A DNA stretch of 64,000 nt from a virus (Duplodnaviria > Caudoviricetes): IMG/VR virus record IMGVR_UViG_3300016744_000001; one strand, 5' to 3'. The notes beneath the pieces are model-generated. The model had not been told where the DNA came from. It ran no database searches and was given only the letters and a program-made list of their open reading frames with translations. Position numbers and translations under genes: made by a program. Shown one piece after another: positions 38,992 to 48,873 of this stretch (position 1 is the stretch's first letter; the number at the start of each line of letters is the position of its first letter).

Positions 38992-39411
38992 ATGTCTGAC
39001 ATCTTTGAACGCGCTTCCCGTGAACGTCTCCGCATCGACACCCCTGCTGGTGCTCTTACCGTTGAAGACCTGTGGACTGTTCCCCTGCGCTCGCGCACTC
39101 CCAACAGCCTCAGCCTTGATCTCATTGCCAAGGACGTCTACACCGAGCTGAAGAAGCAGGAAGAGATCACCTCTTTTGTGGATGACGATGCGGCGCCGTC
39201 GAAGCAGAAGGCCACCCTTGAACTCGCCATGGACATCCTCAAGCACATCATCGCCTATCGCAAGGCTGAAAGTGCTCGCCAGGAAGACCTCCAGAAGAAG
39301 AAGGCTCTCCAGCAGAACCTCCTCCGCATCAAGGCCGACCGCCAGGCCGCGAACATGGAAAACCTCACCGACGAGGAACTGGACAAGATGATCGCCGACT
39401 GCAGCAACTAG
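38992..39411 (+). CDS. conserved phage coiled-coil protein, partner of the YfaP-like gene
   Basis: IFERASRERLR...GALTVEDLW..PL motif. Confidence 0.7.
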   Translation: MSDIFERASRERLRIDTPAGALTVEDLWTVPLRSRTPNSLSLDLIAKDVYTELKKQEEITSFVDDDAAPSKQKATLELAMDILKHIIAYRKAESARQEDLQKKKALQQNLLRIKADRQAANMENLTDEELDKMIADCSN

Positions 39412-39478
39412 CTGCATGGTTAACCGGGGCAGCAGCCATGCGGGTTGTTGCCCCTTTACAGTGAATGAGGAATAATCC

Positions 39479-39730
39479 ATGGTCATTGACGTTGTTTTGA
39501 CAGCGCTCATTTTCACTGTGATCATCATCATCTTGGCGAACACCATCATCCCTTGGATGTTTCCATCACTTTCGTATTGGTGGTTGTTCAAGAAAAGTAA
39601 GGTTGATGAAGCACATCGGAATAAATCCACAGTGGTTGAAGAAGTTGTTGCTAACGAAATTAACAAAGAAACCGGACGACTTGAAAAAGTACTTGTCAGG
39701 TCAACCGGAACCAATAAAGAAGGTCAGTAA
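39479..39730 (+). CDS. small single-TM protein
   Basis: Hydrophobic N-terminus; TAATG coupling to the SPFH gene. Confidence 0.7.
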   Translation: MVIDVVLTALIFTVIIIILANTIIPWMFPSLSYWWLFKKSKVDEAHRNKSTVVEEVVANEINKETGRLEKVLVRSTGTNKEGQ

Positions 39731-41073
39731 TGCAGCTCCCTGAAAATCTGATTACCAAGTATGGCCGGAAGGTCATCGGCAGTGTTGTTATTGTCGTGTC
39801 GTTGGTCCTTGGTTGGATAATGGCATCCAATTTGTGGGAAAACATTCCCGCTGGCTACATTGCTGTTATCCAGTCGCCGGTTACTGGTGAACTCACCGTG
39901 CATACTGAACCGGGCATGAAGTGGCAGGGTTTCGGCAGTGTTACCTTGTACCCTCGCACTGGTCTGTTTGAATTTACCCAGCCGGTCAATCCTTACTCGG
40001 AAAACAAAGCTGAAGCTGCCAGGTACGACAAGGCCAACGACAACTCGCACAAGATCACCTTCAATGACGGCGGCGAAGCCTACATCTCTGGCTCCATCAG
40101 GTACGATTACCCCATGGACAAAGAGAAGATCGAGCTGCTGCACCGCATGTTCTACGGGCACGATGCGGTTATCAAAGGCTTGGTTGCGAAGACTATGGAA
40201 CGTGCGGTGTACATGAGCGGCCCGCTTATGACATCGATCGATTCTTTCATGTCACGTCGTTCCGACCTGCCCATTCTTATTGAAGACCAAGCCCGAAACG
40301 GTCTGTACCGCGTGATCACCAAGGATGTCATCTTGGTGGATGAATTCACCAAAGAACGCAAGCAGATCAAACAGGCTGAGCCGGTAAAAGATGCTGATTC
40401 CCCGAACGGGTTCCTCCGCCAGGATGAATCGATTATGACCAAGTATGGTCTTTCGCTGGCCAACCTCAGCATCACCGTTAACTATGACCCCAAAGTACAG
40501 GGTCGTGTGAACGCTCTGTTTGCTGCTGCCTCGGACATTCAGATCGCAACAATGAACGCCAAGAAAGCAGAACAGGATCGTAAGACGGCGGCCGAACAAG
40601 GCCAAGCCACTGCCACCACTGCTGAATGGCGCGCCAAAGCGATTGCTGCTGAAGAAATCGCTCGTGCTGAAAAAGAGAAGAGTGTGAAGATCCTTGAAGC
40701 CGAAAAGGATCGTGCCTCTGCCGTTATTGCTGCTGAGAAAGAACTGCAGGTTGCTGATCTTGATCGCAAAACGGCCATCGCTTATAAGGACTCACAGCTG
40801 CAGCGCGCTGAAGGTGACGCCACATATAAGCGCAAGGTCATGGAAGCTGACGGTGCACTCACTCCCAAGTTGGATGCGTACATTGAAGTGAACAAGATCT
40901 GGGCTGAGGCCTTTGCGGCTTACAAAGGTAACTTTGTTCCGCAGTTCGTGATGGGCAGCGGCGGCCAAAATGGGCAGTCGAATACCGCCCAGGACTTCAT
41001 GAACATGATGATGATGAAAACCAGCAAGGACCTTTTGGGTGATGCTGGTGGCATGGCCGTTCGCCAGAAGTAA
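39730..41073 (+). CDS. SPFH/Band-7 (flotillin-like) membrane protein
   Basis: N-terminal TM, IPAGYIAVIQ, and AEA-rich coiled coil. Confidence 0.75.
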   Translation: MQLPENLITKYGRKVIGSVVIVVSLVLGWIMASNLWENIPAGYIAVIQSPVTGELTVHTEPGMKWQGFGSVTLYPRTGLFEFTQPVNPYSENKAEAARYDKANDNSHKITFNDGGEAYISGSIRYDYPMDKEKIELLHRMFYGHDAVIKGLVAKTMERAVYMSGPLMTSIDSFMSRRSDLPILIEDQARNGLYRVITKDVILVDEFTKERKQIKQAEPVKDADSPNGFLRQDESIMTKYGLSLANLSITVNYDPKVQGRVNALFAAASDIQIATMNAKKAEQDRKTAAEQGQATATTAEWRAKAIAAEEIARAEKEKSVKILEAEKDRASAVIAAEKELQVADLDRKTAIAYKDSQLQRAEGDATYKRKVMEADGALTPKLDAYIEVNKIWAEAFAAYKGNFVPQFVMGSGGQNGQSNTAQDFMNMMMMKTSKDLLGDAGGMAVRQK

Positions 41074-41127
41074 ACAATAACTCCACTGACCGGCAGGATT
41101 CCTGCCGGTCAGTGATAAGGAAGTGTC

Positions 41128-41665
41128 ATGCTTAAAATCTTTATGTTGTTGATGTGTTTTTTGTTTGAACCCATGATCAGTTATGCCGCTCCCACTGTGT
41201 TTCTCAACATCCTGAAGGAAGCTGCAGCTGACCAGATGGTTGCCGAAGGACTCTACCTTTGACCTTGATCGCTATCCGCCAGAGCAATACATTGAAGGAC
41301 CAGCAAATGCCTGGCGAGTATCCATTGATGCTCGAGAAGGTGAAACCCAACCGTCGTTGTCCTTCGAAGAAGCAGATAACTATCGTTGGATTGATTGGTG
41401 CGCTGGGGATTCCTGGTTAAGTGGGCACAGTGGCATTGCTCCATTCGACTTTGCTCCGCCAGACGAGTCGATCATCGCCATCCCCATGAAGCACAACAAA
41501 GATCGGGCACCGCGTGAATGGACTGATGAGTACCGCATGATGGTGCAGATCAAGCACAAAAACAAAATCCCACCATCTCCTCCAACGGCTCTCAGCCGAA
41601 GAGTGGAGATGTATGAAAACGCTGCAAAGATCATCAGAGCCAGACAGATAGCGAAATCTGAATAG
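41128..41665 (+). CDS. signal-peptide protein split by a CTT-TGA-C site (possible +1 frameshift or pseudogene)
   Basis: 41128-41262 (AAGGA RBS, 44 aa) stops at CTT TGA C; the +1 frame is open from 41216 to 41665. Confidence 0.5.
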
Positions 41666-41703
41666 TTGGTTTTGATTTTCTGAATTGTAGTATGTAGAAA
41701 TAC

Positions 41704-41793
41704 GGAGCGATGGCAGAGTGGTTTATCGCGGCGGTCTTGAAAACCGTTGATGGCTAATCCCATCCGGGGGTTCAAATCCCTCTCGCTCCGCCA
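41704..41793 (+). tRNA. tRNA-Ser(TGA)
   Basis: GCGGT-CT-TGA-AA-ACCGT anticodon arm, long variable arm, CCA. Confidence 0.95.
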
Positions 41794-41870
41794 GAAAAAA
41801 CTAATGGGGTTGTGAGTGTTGAAAAGAGTCTCAGCAATTTGCTAAGGGGCTCGCTAACACTGGAGGACGT

Positions 41871-42131
41871 ATGTCCAAAAACACAACTCCTACTTGGAAG
41901 GTGTCACGAATCCATGGAACTGACGATGAGTACGTCATCCATTGGATTCAAGATGGGAAAGCGGTGCGAACCTCAGCGATTGTAGCTGTGAAGATTCTCG
42001 ATGACAACATCGAAGTCTTGACATACTCCACACGTCGCAGAGTGTACGAGAAGCACAATTTCTCCATCAGTGATGCTGCTACTCCGATGAGTGTACTGTT
42101 CTTACAGTTGCATTTCACCGGTAAGAAGTAA
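41871..42131 (+). CDS. hypothetical protein
   Basis: GGAGG RBS. Confidence 0.7.
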   Translation: MSKNTTPTWKVSRIHGTDDEYVIHWIQDGKAVRTSAIVAVKILDDNIEVLTYSTRRRVYEKHNFSISDAATPMSVLFLQLHFTGKK

Positions 42132-42172
42132 ATAAAAGACCAGCGGGTATCTCGCTGGTCTTTTATTTTTTA
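42131..42172 (+). terminator. intrinsic terminator
   Basis: AAAAGACCAGCG/CGCTGGTCTTTT stem with a T-tract. Confidence 0.8.
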
Positions 42173-42184
42173 TTGGAGGAGTTT

Positions 42185-42586
42185 ATGTCAACAGTTAGAG
42201 ATTACATTGATCGGTTGAACTGTGATGTGAATGGGAATGATCATTACCCACTGTACACGTTACAGAGTTTCTTCAAGATTGCTACTGGGTATAACCGAGT
42301 GGTGATTGGTGATCGGGGACCGTATGTTGAGATCCTGACACACCAGTTGATTGATGACTGCTTTGAAATGCCAATGGGAGAGACTTGGCGGTTAGGATCA
42401 AGGAATGCGTTCTATCTTGAATATCGCACCGTCAGGGATTATGTTAAGATTTACCACCAGCTCAAACCAGTTGACTATGCTGATTATATTCCTTACCGGT
42501 ACTACGTCTCACCATTTGAACTGTGTGATATGTTTGGTACGGCATTGATTACGAAGCTTCCCCGAAGAAGAAAAAATAATTCTTAA
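42185..42586 (+). CDS. conserved phage hypothetical protein
   Basis: GYNRVVIGDRGPYVE...YHQLKPVDYADY; GGAGGAG RBS. Confidence 0.75.
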   Translation: MSTVRDYIDRLNCDVNGNDHYPLYTLQSFFKIATGYNRVVIGDRGPYVEILTHQLIDDCFEMPMGETWRLGSRNAFYLEYRTVRDYVKIYHQLKPVDYADYIPYRYYVSPFELCDMFGTALITKLPRRRKNNS

Positions 42587-42603
42587 TCGATGTGATCAAT
42601 AGA

Positions 42604-42896
42604 TGTGAGAGGATACTCTCCAGCTCTCACACCTTCAGTGATCAGACCAAGCAGGGTATGTCTGGAATCGTGCTCTAGCTCTGGAAGATCATCTGACCCG
42701 GATTGGAAAAGATTGCCAGTTACTAAGGTTATTGCTGCTCCAAATTGCGCCGACAACAATTTGTTGAGCACACCTGGTTCGGTGATTGATTTCAGTCCAC
42801 TCTAGGAACAGACAACCTGCCCGTTTGTTCCTTTGGTTCCTGCCTTCTACCTGCCCTCCCCCGTGGTACCCCACTCCCTTGTTAGGGAGTGGGGTA
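42604..42896 (+). ncRNA. candidate structured ncRNA / hairpin array
   Basis: Back-to-back stems at 42604-42631, 42635-42696, 42700-42798, 42804-42832 and 42867-42896; no credible ORF. Confidence 0.5.
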
Positions 42897-42930
42897 TTGT
42901 CCATGGTGTATTTGTTTTTTATTTTAAGGA

Positions 42931-42938
42931 TATATCAT
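42931..42938 (+). promoter_or_regulatory. phage early promoter motif (variant)
   Basis: TATATCAT after an AT-rich tract. Confidence 0.45.
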
Positions 42939-42991
42939 TAGTATAGTCAGTGGCAGTTATAACAACAACCTTCATGATATCTGGAGTATTC

Positions 42992-44662
42992 ATGGATCGT
43001 CAACAATTGTTGGCTCAGCTTAATGAACTGAAGTCAACCGAGCGCAAGAGCAAAGTTGAACGGTATGATCCTGATGGCAACTTTATCGGTGAACAGGATA
43101 TCACCGCACAACAGTACGAGGAAACTCGTTATGTTCCACCGGACCCGTACGACTTTGAGTTCGACACGTCGGAAGTCGATGCCCAAAAGCAGAAGTACGA
43201 AGAAGCAAAGGCAAAGAAAGCCGCTACAAAACCTGACTCTCAGCCAGACGACACCGAGACTACCGGTGATGGTAATGGCGCTGAATCACAACCGCAAGAA
43301 AGCCAGAGTGGTCAGGGTGGTCAATCTGGACAGTCCCAGAATGGTAATGGTGAAGAGCAGTCACCAATGACCAAGCAGACTTTGGAAGAACTCCAGAAGC
43401 AGCTGGATGAAGCCAAAGTTGAATGTGAAGAAGGTCTTGCCGAAGATCCGGATAGTAAAGAACTGCAGGAATCCAAACAACAGCTGGACAAACTGCAGGA
43501 AAAGCTGGACGCACACAAGCAGGCTTTGGCCGAGCAGCAAGGACAGAATGGTGATCCCAATCAGGAACAGCAGTCGGGGCAGCAGCCTAACGAATCTGGT
43601 TCTGAACAATCGGATCAGCAGAATGGTCAGTCTGAAGAAAAGAACGACCAGTCTGGGGATGCTGAATCCGAAGACAAACAGGACAAGCCTGATCAGCAAG
43701 ACGGTCAGCAGGATGACAAGTCTGAGGAAGCGTCTGACAAAGAAGACGAATCCAAGAAAGAAGCTGAAGAGCAAAAAGAAGATCAGCAGCAGACTCCTCA
43801 ACCTGAACCTGAAAAGCCGGAACCTGAACAAAAGAAAGAGGAACAGAAAGAAGAAGAACTTGTTCCTCCAGATCAGGCTTACTACAAACCGTCTTGGTAC
43901 CAGGACATGAAGAACCTGGTGATGATGGGATTTGATGTTCTCGTGTGTGGCCCGGCCGGTTGCGGTAAGTCTCGTGCTGGTCGTGAGATTGGTCGGGAAT
44001 TGAAGAAGCCTGGCAACACTCACGCGTTTCGTGCGGGGATGCGCAAGTCTGAACTGCTGTACTCCAAGGAACTCCGTGGTGGCGACAGCGTGATCGAACT
44101 GTCCCCTCTGCTGCGTGAAGTTCAGAAACCTCTCATCACAGTGATCGACGAAGCCTTGTCAGTTGACCCGGAAGTGTTGATCTGCTTCAACGGCCTGCTG
44201 GAATCTTCTCAGCGCAGTGTTGACACTCCGATTGGTGAAGTGGTGCGGGATAAAGAACATCGGTTCATCCTGACCAGCAACACTGACGGCCGTAGTGAAT
44301 CACGCATCTATCGTGCTCCTCAGATGCAGGATGCTTCCATCCTGTCTCGTGTCATGGTCATGAATGTTGACTATGATGAAAAGGTGGAATGCAACATCGC
44401 TTGTTCTTCCGGCGCCCCCGCTTGGAAGTACATTGTTCACAACACGCATGCTCTGCGAAAGGCAGTGCGCAAAGCTGACATGGTGATGGACATCTCCACT
44501 CGTTGGATTGTTCAGGCATGCAAGCTTAACAAAGCTGGGGTCGCTCGTGAAAAGGCGTTTGCTATGGCGATGCTTGACCGCTTCAACGAGAACGAGCTGA
44601 AGAAGCTGCAGGGCATGGGGACAACCATTGACTTCAGTGGTGCATCGAAGCTGCAAAAGTAG
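42992..44662 (+). CDS. MoxR/CobS-like AAA+ ATPase with long Q/E/D-rich N-terminus
   Basis: GPAGCGKS Walker A, VIDE Walker B, TSNT sensor. Confidence 0.85.
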   Translation: MDRQQLLAQLNELKSTERKSKVERYDPDGNFIGEQDITAQQYEETRYVPPDPYDFEFDTSEVDAQKQKYEEAKAKKAATKPDSQPDDTETTGDGNGAESQPQESQSGQGGQSGQSQNGNGEEQSPMTKQTLEELQKQLDEAKVECEEGLAEDPDSKELQESKQQLDKLQEKLDAHKQALAEQQGQNGDPNQEQQSGQQPNESGSEQSDQQNGQSEEKNDQSGDAESEDKQDKPDQQDGQQDDKSEEASDKEDESKKEAEEQKEDQQQTPQPEPEKPEPEQKKEEQKEEELVPPDQAYYKPSWYQDMKNLVMMGFDVLVCGPAGCGKSRAGREIGRELKKPGNTHAFRAGMRKSELLYSKELRGGDSVIELSPLLREVQKPLITVIDEALSVDPEVLICFNGLLESSQRSVDTPIGEVVRDKEHRFILTSNTDGRSESRIYRAPQMQDASILSRVMVMNVDYDEKVECNIACSSGAPAWKYIVHNTHALRKAVRKADMVMDISTRWIVQACKLNKAGVAREKAFAMAMLDRFNENELKKLQGMGTTIDFSGASKLQK

Positions 44663-44673
44663 TGAGGTGATGC

Positions 44674-45456
44674 ATGGAAACCGTACAGGAGTGGATTGAC
44701 AACCCACATGGTGGAGTTGTCTGGTTTCACGGGATGGACTTCTTGCAATACGTCATGAAGAATGAACCGAGGCAATCAGCCTTCCAGAATTCTTCATTGG
44801 GGCATTACAGGACCAATTACGACAATTTTGTCAGTAAGGTTAAAGAATACCGATTTGATCGGGAACGACTGAGCATCACCATGGAACAGGTGTTGTCTCG
44901 TCCACGAAAGCGGAACAAGTACCGGACATCTGTGGATGGTGATGACTTGGATGTTGATTCGTACATTGAAACGTTTGGTGAAACCAGTCCAAAGATCTGG
45001 GATGAACCTTACAAGATCGTGTGCGAACGCCGCCAGGCCGTCAATGTCTATTTTGAATGTTCAGTTCCGTGGGTATCCCGTAAACAAACATACATCGCTA
45101 ACCGGCAACATCTTGCTTACAATATCGCATTGAACTGTGAGCAGGATGGTGTACCTTGTCGAATCGTGACGTGTTACGGTGTGCGAGTCAGCGAGGTCAA
45201 GCAAGCAATCGTGTTCCACATTGTCATAAAAGACTTTGACGAACCGATCTACCCACCACTGTGGGGGGTGTTTCTGAACAATGAAACAACGAACACAGCG
45301 GTCAACTTGTTGTCTGAAATGGTCATTGGGACTGGACAGGATGGAAACGGCTTAGTTGTACCATTCGTCATCCAGCCCACTGAGAATGAAGAGTTCCAAG
45401 TGCTTGACCTTAAAAGCTGTGAATACATGCAGATCAAAAAGAAAGGCAGGGATTAA
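44674..45456 (+). CDS. putative vWA-like partner of the AAA+ ATPase
   Basis: Position after the ATPase; G.DLDVD.Y and a degenerate MIDAS-like strand. Confidence 0.5.
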   Translation: METVQEWIDNPHGGVVWFHGMDFLQYVMKNEPRQSAFQNSSLGHYRTNYDNFVSKVKEYRFDRERLSITMEQVLSRPRKRNKYRTSVDGDDLDVDSYIETFGETSPKIWDEPYKIVCERRQAVNVYFECSVPWVSRKQTYIANRQHLAYNIALNCEQDGVPCRIVTCYGVRVSEVKQAIVFHIVIKDFDEPIYPPLWGVFLNNETTNTAVNLLSEMVIGTGQDGNGLVVPFVIQPTENEEFQVLDLKSCEYMQIKKKGRD

Positions 45457-45514
45457 TGGCTAGAGGGAGTGTTTTCCCACTCCCTCTAGCCTATAGTAAA
45501 ATAATGGAGGACTA

Positions 45515-46582
45515 ATGATTTTTCCTAAAAAGATGGATCATGTGGTCATCGTCTATCATCGGATCGATATGGACGGTGTTTGCTCGGGTACGATTGCTTC
45601 CATGGCGGCACATGTTCACAATAATAAGGCAATCGTGTCTACAGTTGGGTATGATCATGTTGACCCGCTTGAAAAGCTGGAGTCGAAGATCAATGCCTGT
45701 GGCGAGTTTGATCTGATGATTGTTGTCGACTGCACTCTGCCGGATGTTTTGCTCGATCGGTATGCAGAGAAGATGATCATTATTGATCATCATGACTCAG
45801 GTATCGAACGAGCCGCTCTCTATGCAGATCGCTTCTATGGCCACTGTTTGCGTCTGAACGACGCCAGTGTTCTGGATTGGGCTGGCAACATGGCGAAGAA
45901 AGCCGCTGCCTGCGAACTCGCATGGAACTACTTCTTCCGCAATGAACGGATGCCGTACATTGTGCGTTTGTGCGGTCGGTACGATGTGTACAATCACAAC
46001 GACGACACGCTGGCGTTCAATGAGCGTTGTCGAGACATCAACATCCAGCACCAGAACTTCACTTACATGGGCGGCGATCTGCTCCATCGTGAAGATGCCC
46101 CGGATATTTGGTTTCCGAAGTTGTTCTTGGATGAACTCACATTCCAGTCAGGACGACTCACTCAAGAACTCTGCGATGGTCAGTTGACTTTGCACTATGC
46201 CAAAAAGTTCAATGCTCGTGATTGTCAGGATGGTGCAAAGGAATTCACGATTCGTGGAACTGATTTGGTCGCCTTGGTGGCAAATCAGGCTGGCCGCAAT
46301 TCCAAGTTCTTTCAGTCCAAATGGGACCCCACCAAACATGACCTGATGATCTTCTTTTCCTACAACCTGAGTAATCAGGTGTGGAAGGTTGGGTTGTTCA
46401 CAGACGATAAGGAAGTGGACATGTCCAAGGTCTTTGCGATTGTTCTCAACAATCCGAAGAATAAAGTCAATGGTCGGTACGGTGGTCACATGCGAACTGC
46501 CTGTGGATATGTCACTGATGACATACAGGAAGATCTCCTGCAGTATCTCATCAAAAACACGCCTGAGTACGTGAAGGATTAG
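45515..46582 (+). CDS. DHH-family phosphoesterase
   Basis: YHRIDMDG, VVD, IIDHH and GGH motifs. Confidence 0.85.
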   Translation: MIFPKKMDHVVIVYHRIDMDGVCSGTIASMAAHVHNNKAIVSTVGYDHVDPLEKLESKINACGEFDLMIVVDCTLPDVLLDRYAEKMIIIDHHDSGIERAALYADRFYGHCLRLNDASVLDWAGNMAKKAAACELAWNYFFRNERMPYIVRLCGRYDVYNHNDDTLAFNERCRDINIQHQNFTYMGGDLLHREDAPDIWFPKLFLDELTFQSGRLTQELCDGQLTLHYAKKFNARDCQDGAKEFTIRGTDLVALVANQAGRNSKFFQSKWDPTKHDLMIFFSYNLSNQVWKVGLFTDDKEVDMSKVFAIVLNNPKNKVNGRYGGHMRTACGYVTDDIQEDLLQYLIKNTPEYVKD

Positions 46583-46584
46583 TC

Positions 46585-47052
46585 ATGGAACGGTCAAGTT
46601 GGGATTCCTACTTCATGCGGATTGTGCAGCAGGTTGCCACACGGTCGACTTGCTCTCGTCGACAGGTTGGTGCCGTTGCGGTGCGCAACCATCGCATCCT
46701 TGCCACGGGTTACAATGGTGCTCCTGGTGGACTGAAGCATTGTGCTGAAACTGGTTGTCTGCGCCAGAAGATGAACATTCCTTCTGGTGAACGGCATGAG
46801 ATCTGTCGAGCTTTGCATTCTGAGCAGAACCTGATTTTGCAGGCAGCTACCGGTGGTTTGGACATCACTGGTGCTGACATCTATTGTACCACGCATCCGT
46901 GTGTGATCTGTGCAAAGCTTTTGATCGGGTGCAAAGTCAACAAGATCTACTATCTTGACGAATACTGCGACCCGTTGGCAAAGGAAATGTTGCAGGAAGC
47001 TGGAATCGAAACCCAGCGCTTGCAGGAAGTTCATCCCGGAGAATTTTGGTAA
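46585..47052 (+). CDS. dCMP deaminase
   Basis: RSTC.RRQVGA, TGYNG, HSEQN and PCVIC motifs. Confidence 0.95.
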   Translation: MERSSWDSYFMRIVQQVATRSTCSRRQVGAVAVRNHRILATGYNGAPGGLKHCAETGCLRQKMNIPSGERHEICRALHSEQNLILQAATGGLDITGADIYCTTHPCVICAKLLIGCKVNKIYYLDEYCDPLAKEMLQEAGIETQRLQEVHPGEFW

Positions 47053-47098
47053 CCGCAGAAGGGGCAAGATTGCCCCTTCTGCATTTATCGAGGGCAAT

Positions 47099-47689
47099 AT
47101 GGAAAATTCAACATCAAAATCATCGAACTGGTATTATCCCTTGACCGCACAGCTCTTAGAGCTGATTGTAAGTGTGCTACTTTATCCGAATGATTACGCT
47201 AAATTGAAGTACGAGATTGAAACTTTTGCACTGGGTTGTGAGCAGGTTAACCACAATAAAAATGATGCCTTACAGTACTTTACCATGATTGCTGACCAGT
47301 TTGACCGAGTTGTGACCGATTTCATGGTTAACTCAGAAATGCAAAAGCTGAACAAGTTTGGAACAGCAGATTACGATCGTGGTCTTGTGCAGAAGGTATT
47401 CAATTTGTTGGTACGACTTTCACAATACCCGGTTGAAATAGCCTTTATTGAGGAACGGCCGCAAAGTGATCAGATTGATGTTGTCTTTAAACTTAGTCAG
47501 CTTGAGTTTATCACGATTGTTGCATCAAGATCCAGAACTGGTGATGTGACGATGCATCATCTCACTGAAAGTCTGTCAAGTGAAGCTAAGCTGAAACGTG
47601 GTTCAACACTAGGTATGGAAATTTGTGCAGCGATGTTTCAGGTCTTAGCTGAACTCGCAATACATTGGAGGGGATATGAACGTCGTTGA
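47099..47689 (+). CDS. hypothetical protein (tandem paralog 1)
   Basis: PL..QLL..I...EIETFALGCEQ. Confidence 0.75.
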   Translation: MENSTSKSSNWYYPLTAQLLELIVSVLLYPNDYAKLKYEIETFALGCEQVNHNKNDALQYFTMIADQFDRVVTDFMVNSEMQKLNKFGTADYDRGLVQKVFNLLVRLSQYPVEIAFIEERPQSDQIDVVFKLSQLEFITIVASRSRTGDVTMHHLTESLSSEAKLKRGSTLGMEICAAMFQVLAELAIHWRGYERR

Positions 47690-48275
47690 GCTGGGGTTGG
47701 GAACGAATGAACGGTTGTACCTACCGTTGGTCCAACATTTGTTTGACTTGATTATTCTGATTCTGACGAGTCCGCATGATAAGAGATCGATTGAAACCGA
47801 TCTTGAGACGTTCATGTTGGGATGCAATCAGGTTGGACACAGCAGAAATGAAGTGATCCAATATTTTTCAAATATCACTGGTAACTCTGATCGGGTGGTG
47901 AAATCTCTGATGGAAATCCAATCAGATATTTTTGAGGAACCAGGAAGGTGGAGTCCAGTGGACTCCACCCGACATCAATTTTTACATCATCAGCTTGGAC
48001 GGCTTCAGCATTTTCCAGTGAGTGTTCCGATGTTTAAAAGATCAAACCGCGGCCAGAAAGTAATTTTCGAGCCTGAAGGTTTCAGGAATTTGGTAATTCG
48101 AACCCAGAACAATTGGACATCGTACATTGTTGTTACGGACATTCATGAGGCCACAGTCAAAGGAGAAGTGACAATCATGCGAGACGAGACCGTCTTACAG
48201 AGTCTTTTGGCGGCAGTAATCCAGCTCTTGCTAAGGATAAGTGAGAACTGGGCAGAAGAGAAAATCAAGGGATAA
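47676..48275 (+). CDS. hypothetical protein (tandem paralog 2)
   Basis: PLVQHLF...DLETFMLGCNQ. Confidence 0.75.
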   Translation: MNVVELGLGTNERLYLPLVQHLFDLIILILTSPHDKRSIETDLETFMLGCNQVGHSRNEVIQYFSNITGNSDRVVKSLMEIQSDIFEEPGRWSPVDSTRHQFLHHQLGRLQHFPVSVPMFKRSNRGQKVIFEPEGFRNLVIRTQNNWTSYIVVTDIHEATVKGEVTIMRDETVLQSLLAAVIQLLLRISENWAEEKIKG

Positions 48276-48287
48276 CGGGAAAAGAAC

Positions 48288-48869
48288 ATGCTTGTACACA
48301 ACTTCCCACCCCATCCAAACTTGCACGAACCTTTGGTGCGGCAACTGTTGGATACTATTGTGGCTGGTATGACGGGCAAAAATGTTCGTCACGAGATTGT
48401 GACCTTTGCTCTGGGCTGTGCTCAAATTAATTTGAGCACAGCCCAGATCATTCCGTATTTCCTGTATTTTCTGTTCTATCAGGATCAGATCATGGGTCAG
48501 TGGAACAACACTCAGGCAGATTTTTTAACTGCACCACAAAAACATCATGAGTCGGATGATGTGGTTAGAAGTCAGTTGATTCGGCAGTTTACAAGGTTGC
48601 CGTATCAGCCACTCAATTATCAGTATCCCGATAATCAGCGGCATTCATTTTGGATTATTGTCACAGGTTTCACTGGTATTCAGGTACACATCACGGCGGC
48701 TAGAAACGTCGAAGATTTTGTTATTGTGGAGGATTATCAGAATGACAAGATCGTCTACAAAAACTTGATTTGTAAAATTCGGTCACTGAAACAATTGTTT
48801 CTTGGGACACTGGTGGAGGTCTTTGCCTATGTCCTAAAACTGATGGATCGCCCAGAAGAGGAGGAGTAG
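48288..48869 (+). CDS. hypothetical protein (tandem paralog 3)
   Basis: PLVRQLL...EIVTFALGCAQ. Confidence 0.75.
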   Translation: MLVHNFPPHPNLHEPLVRQLLDTIVAGMTGKNVRHEIVTFALGCAQINLSTAQIIPYFLYFLFYQDQIMGQWNNTQADFLTAPQKHHESDDVVRSQLIRQFTRLPYQPLNYQYPDNQRHSFWIIVTGFTGIQVHITAARNVEDFVIVEDYQNDKIVYKNLICKIRSLKQLFLGTLVEVFAYVLKLMDRPEEEE

Positions 48870-48873
48870 TAGA

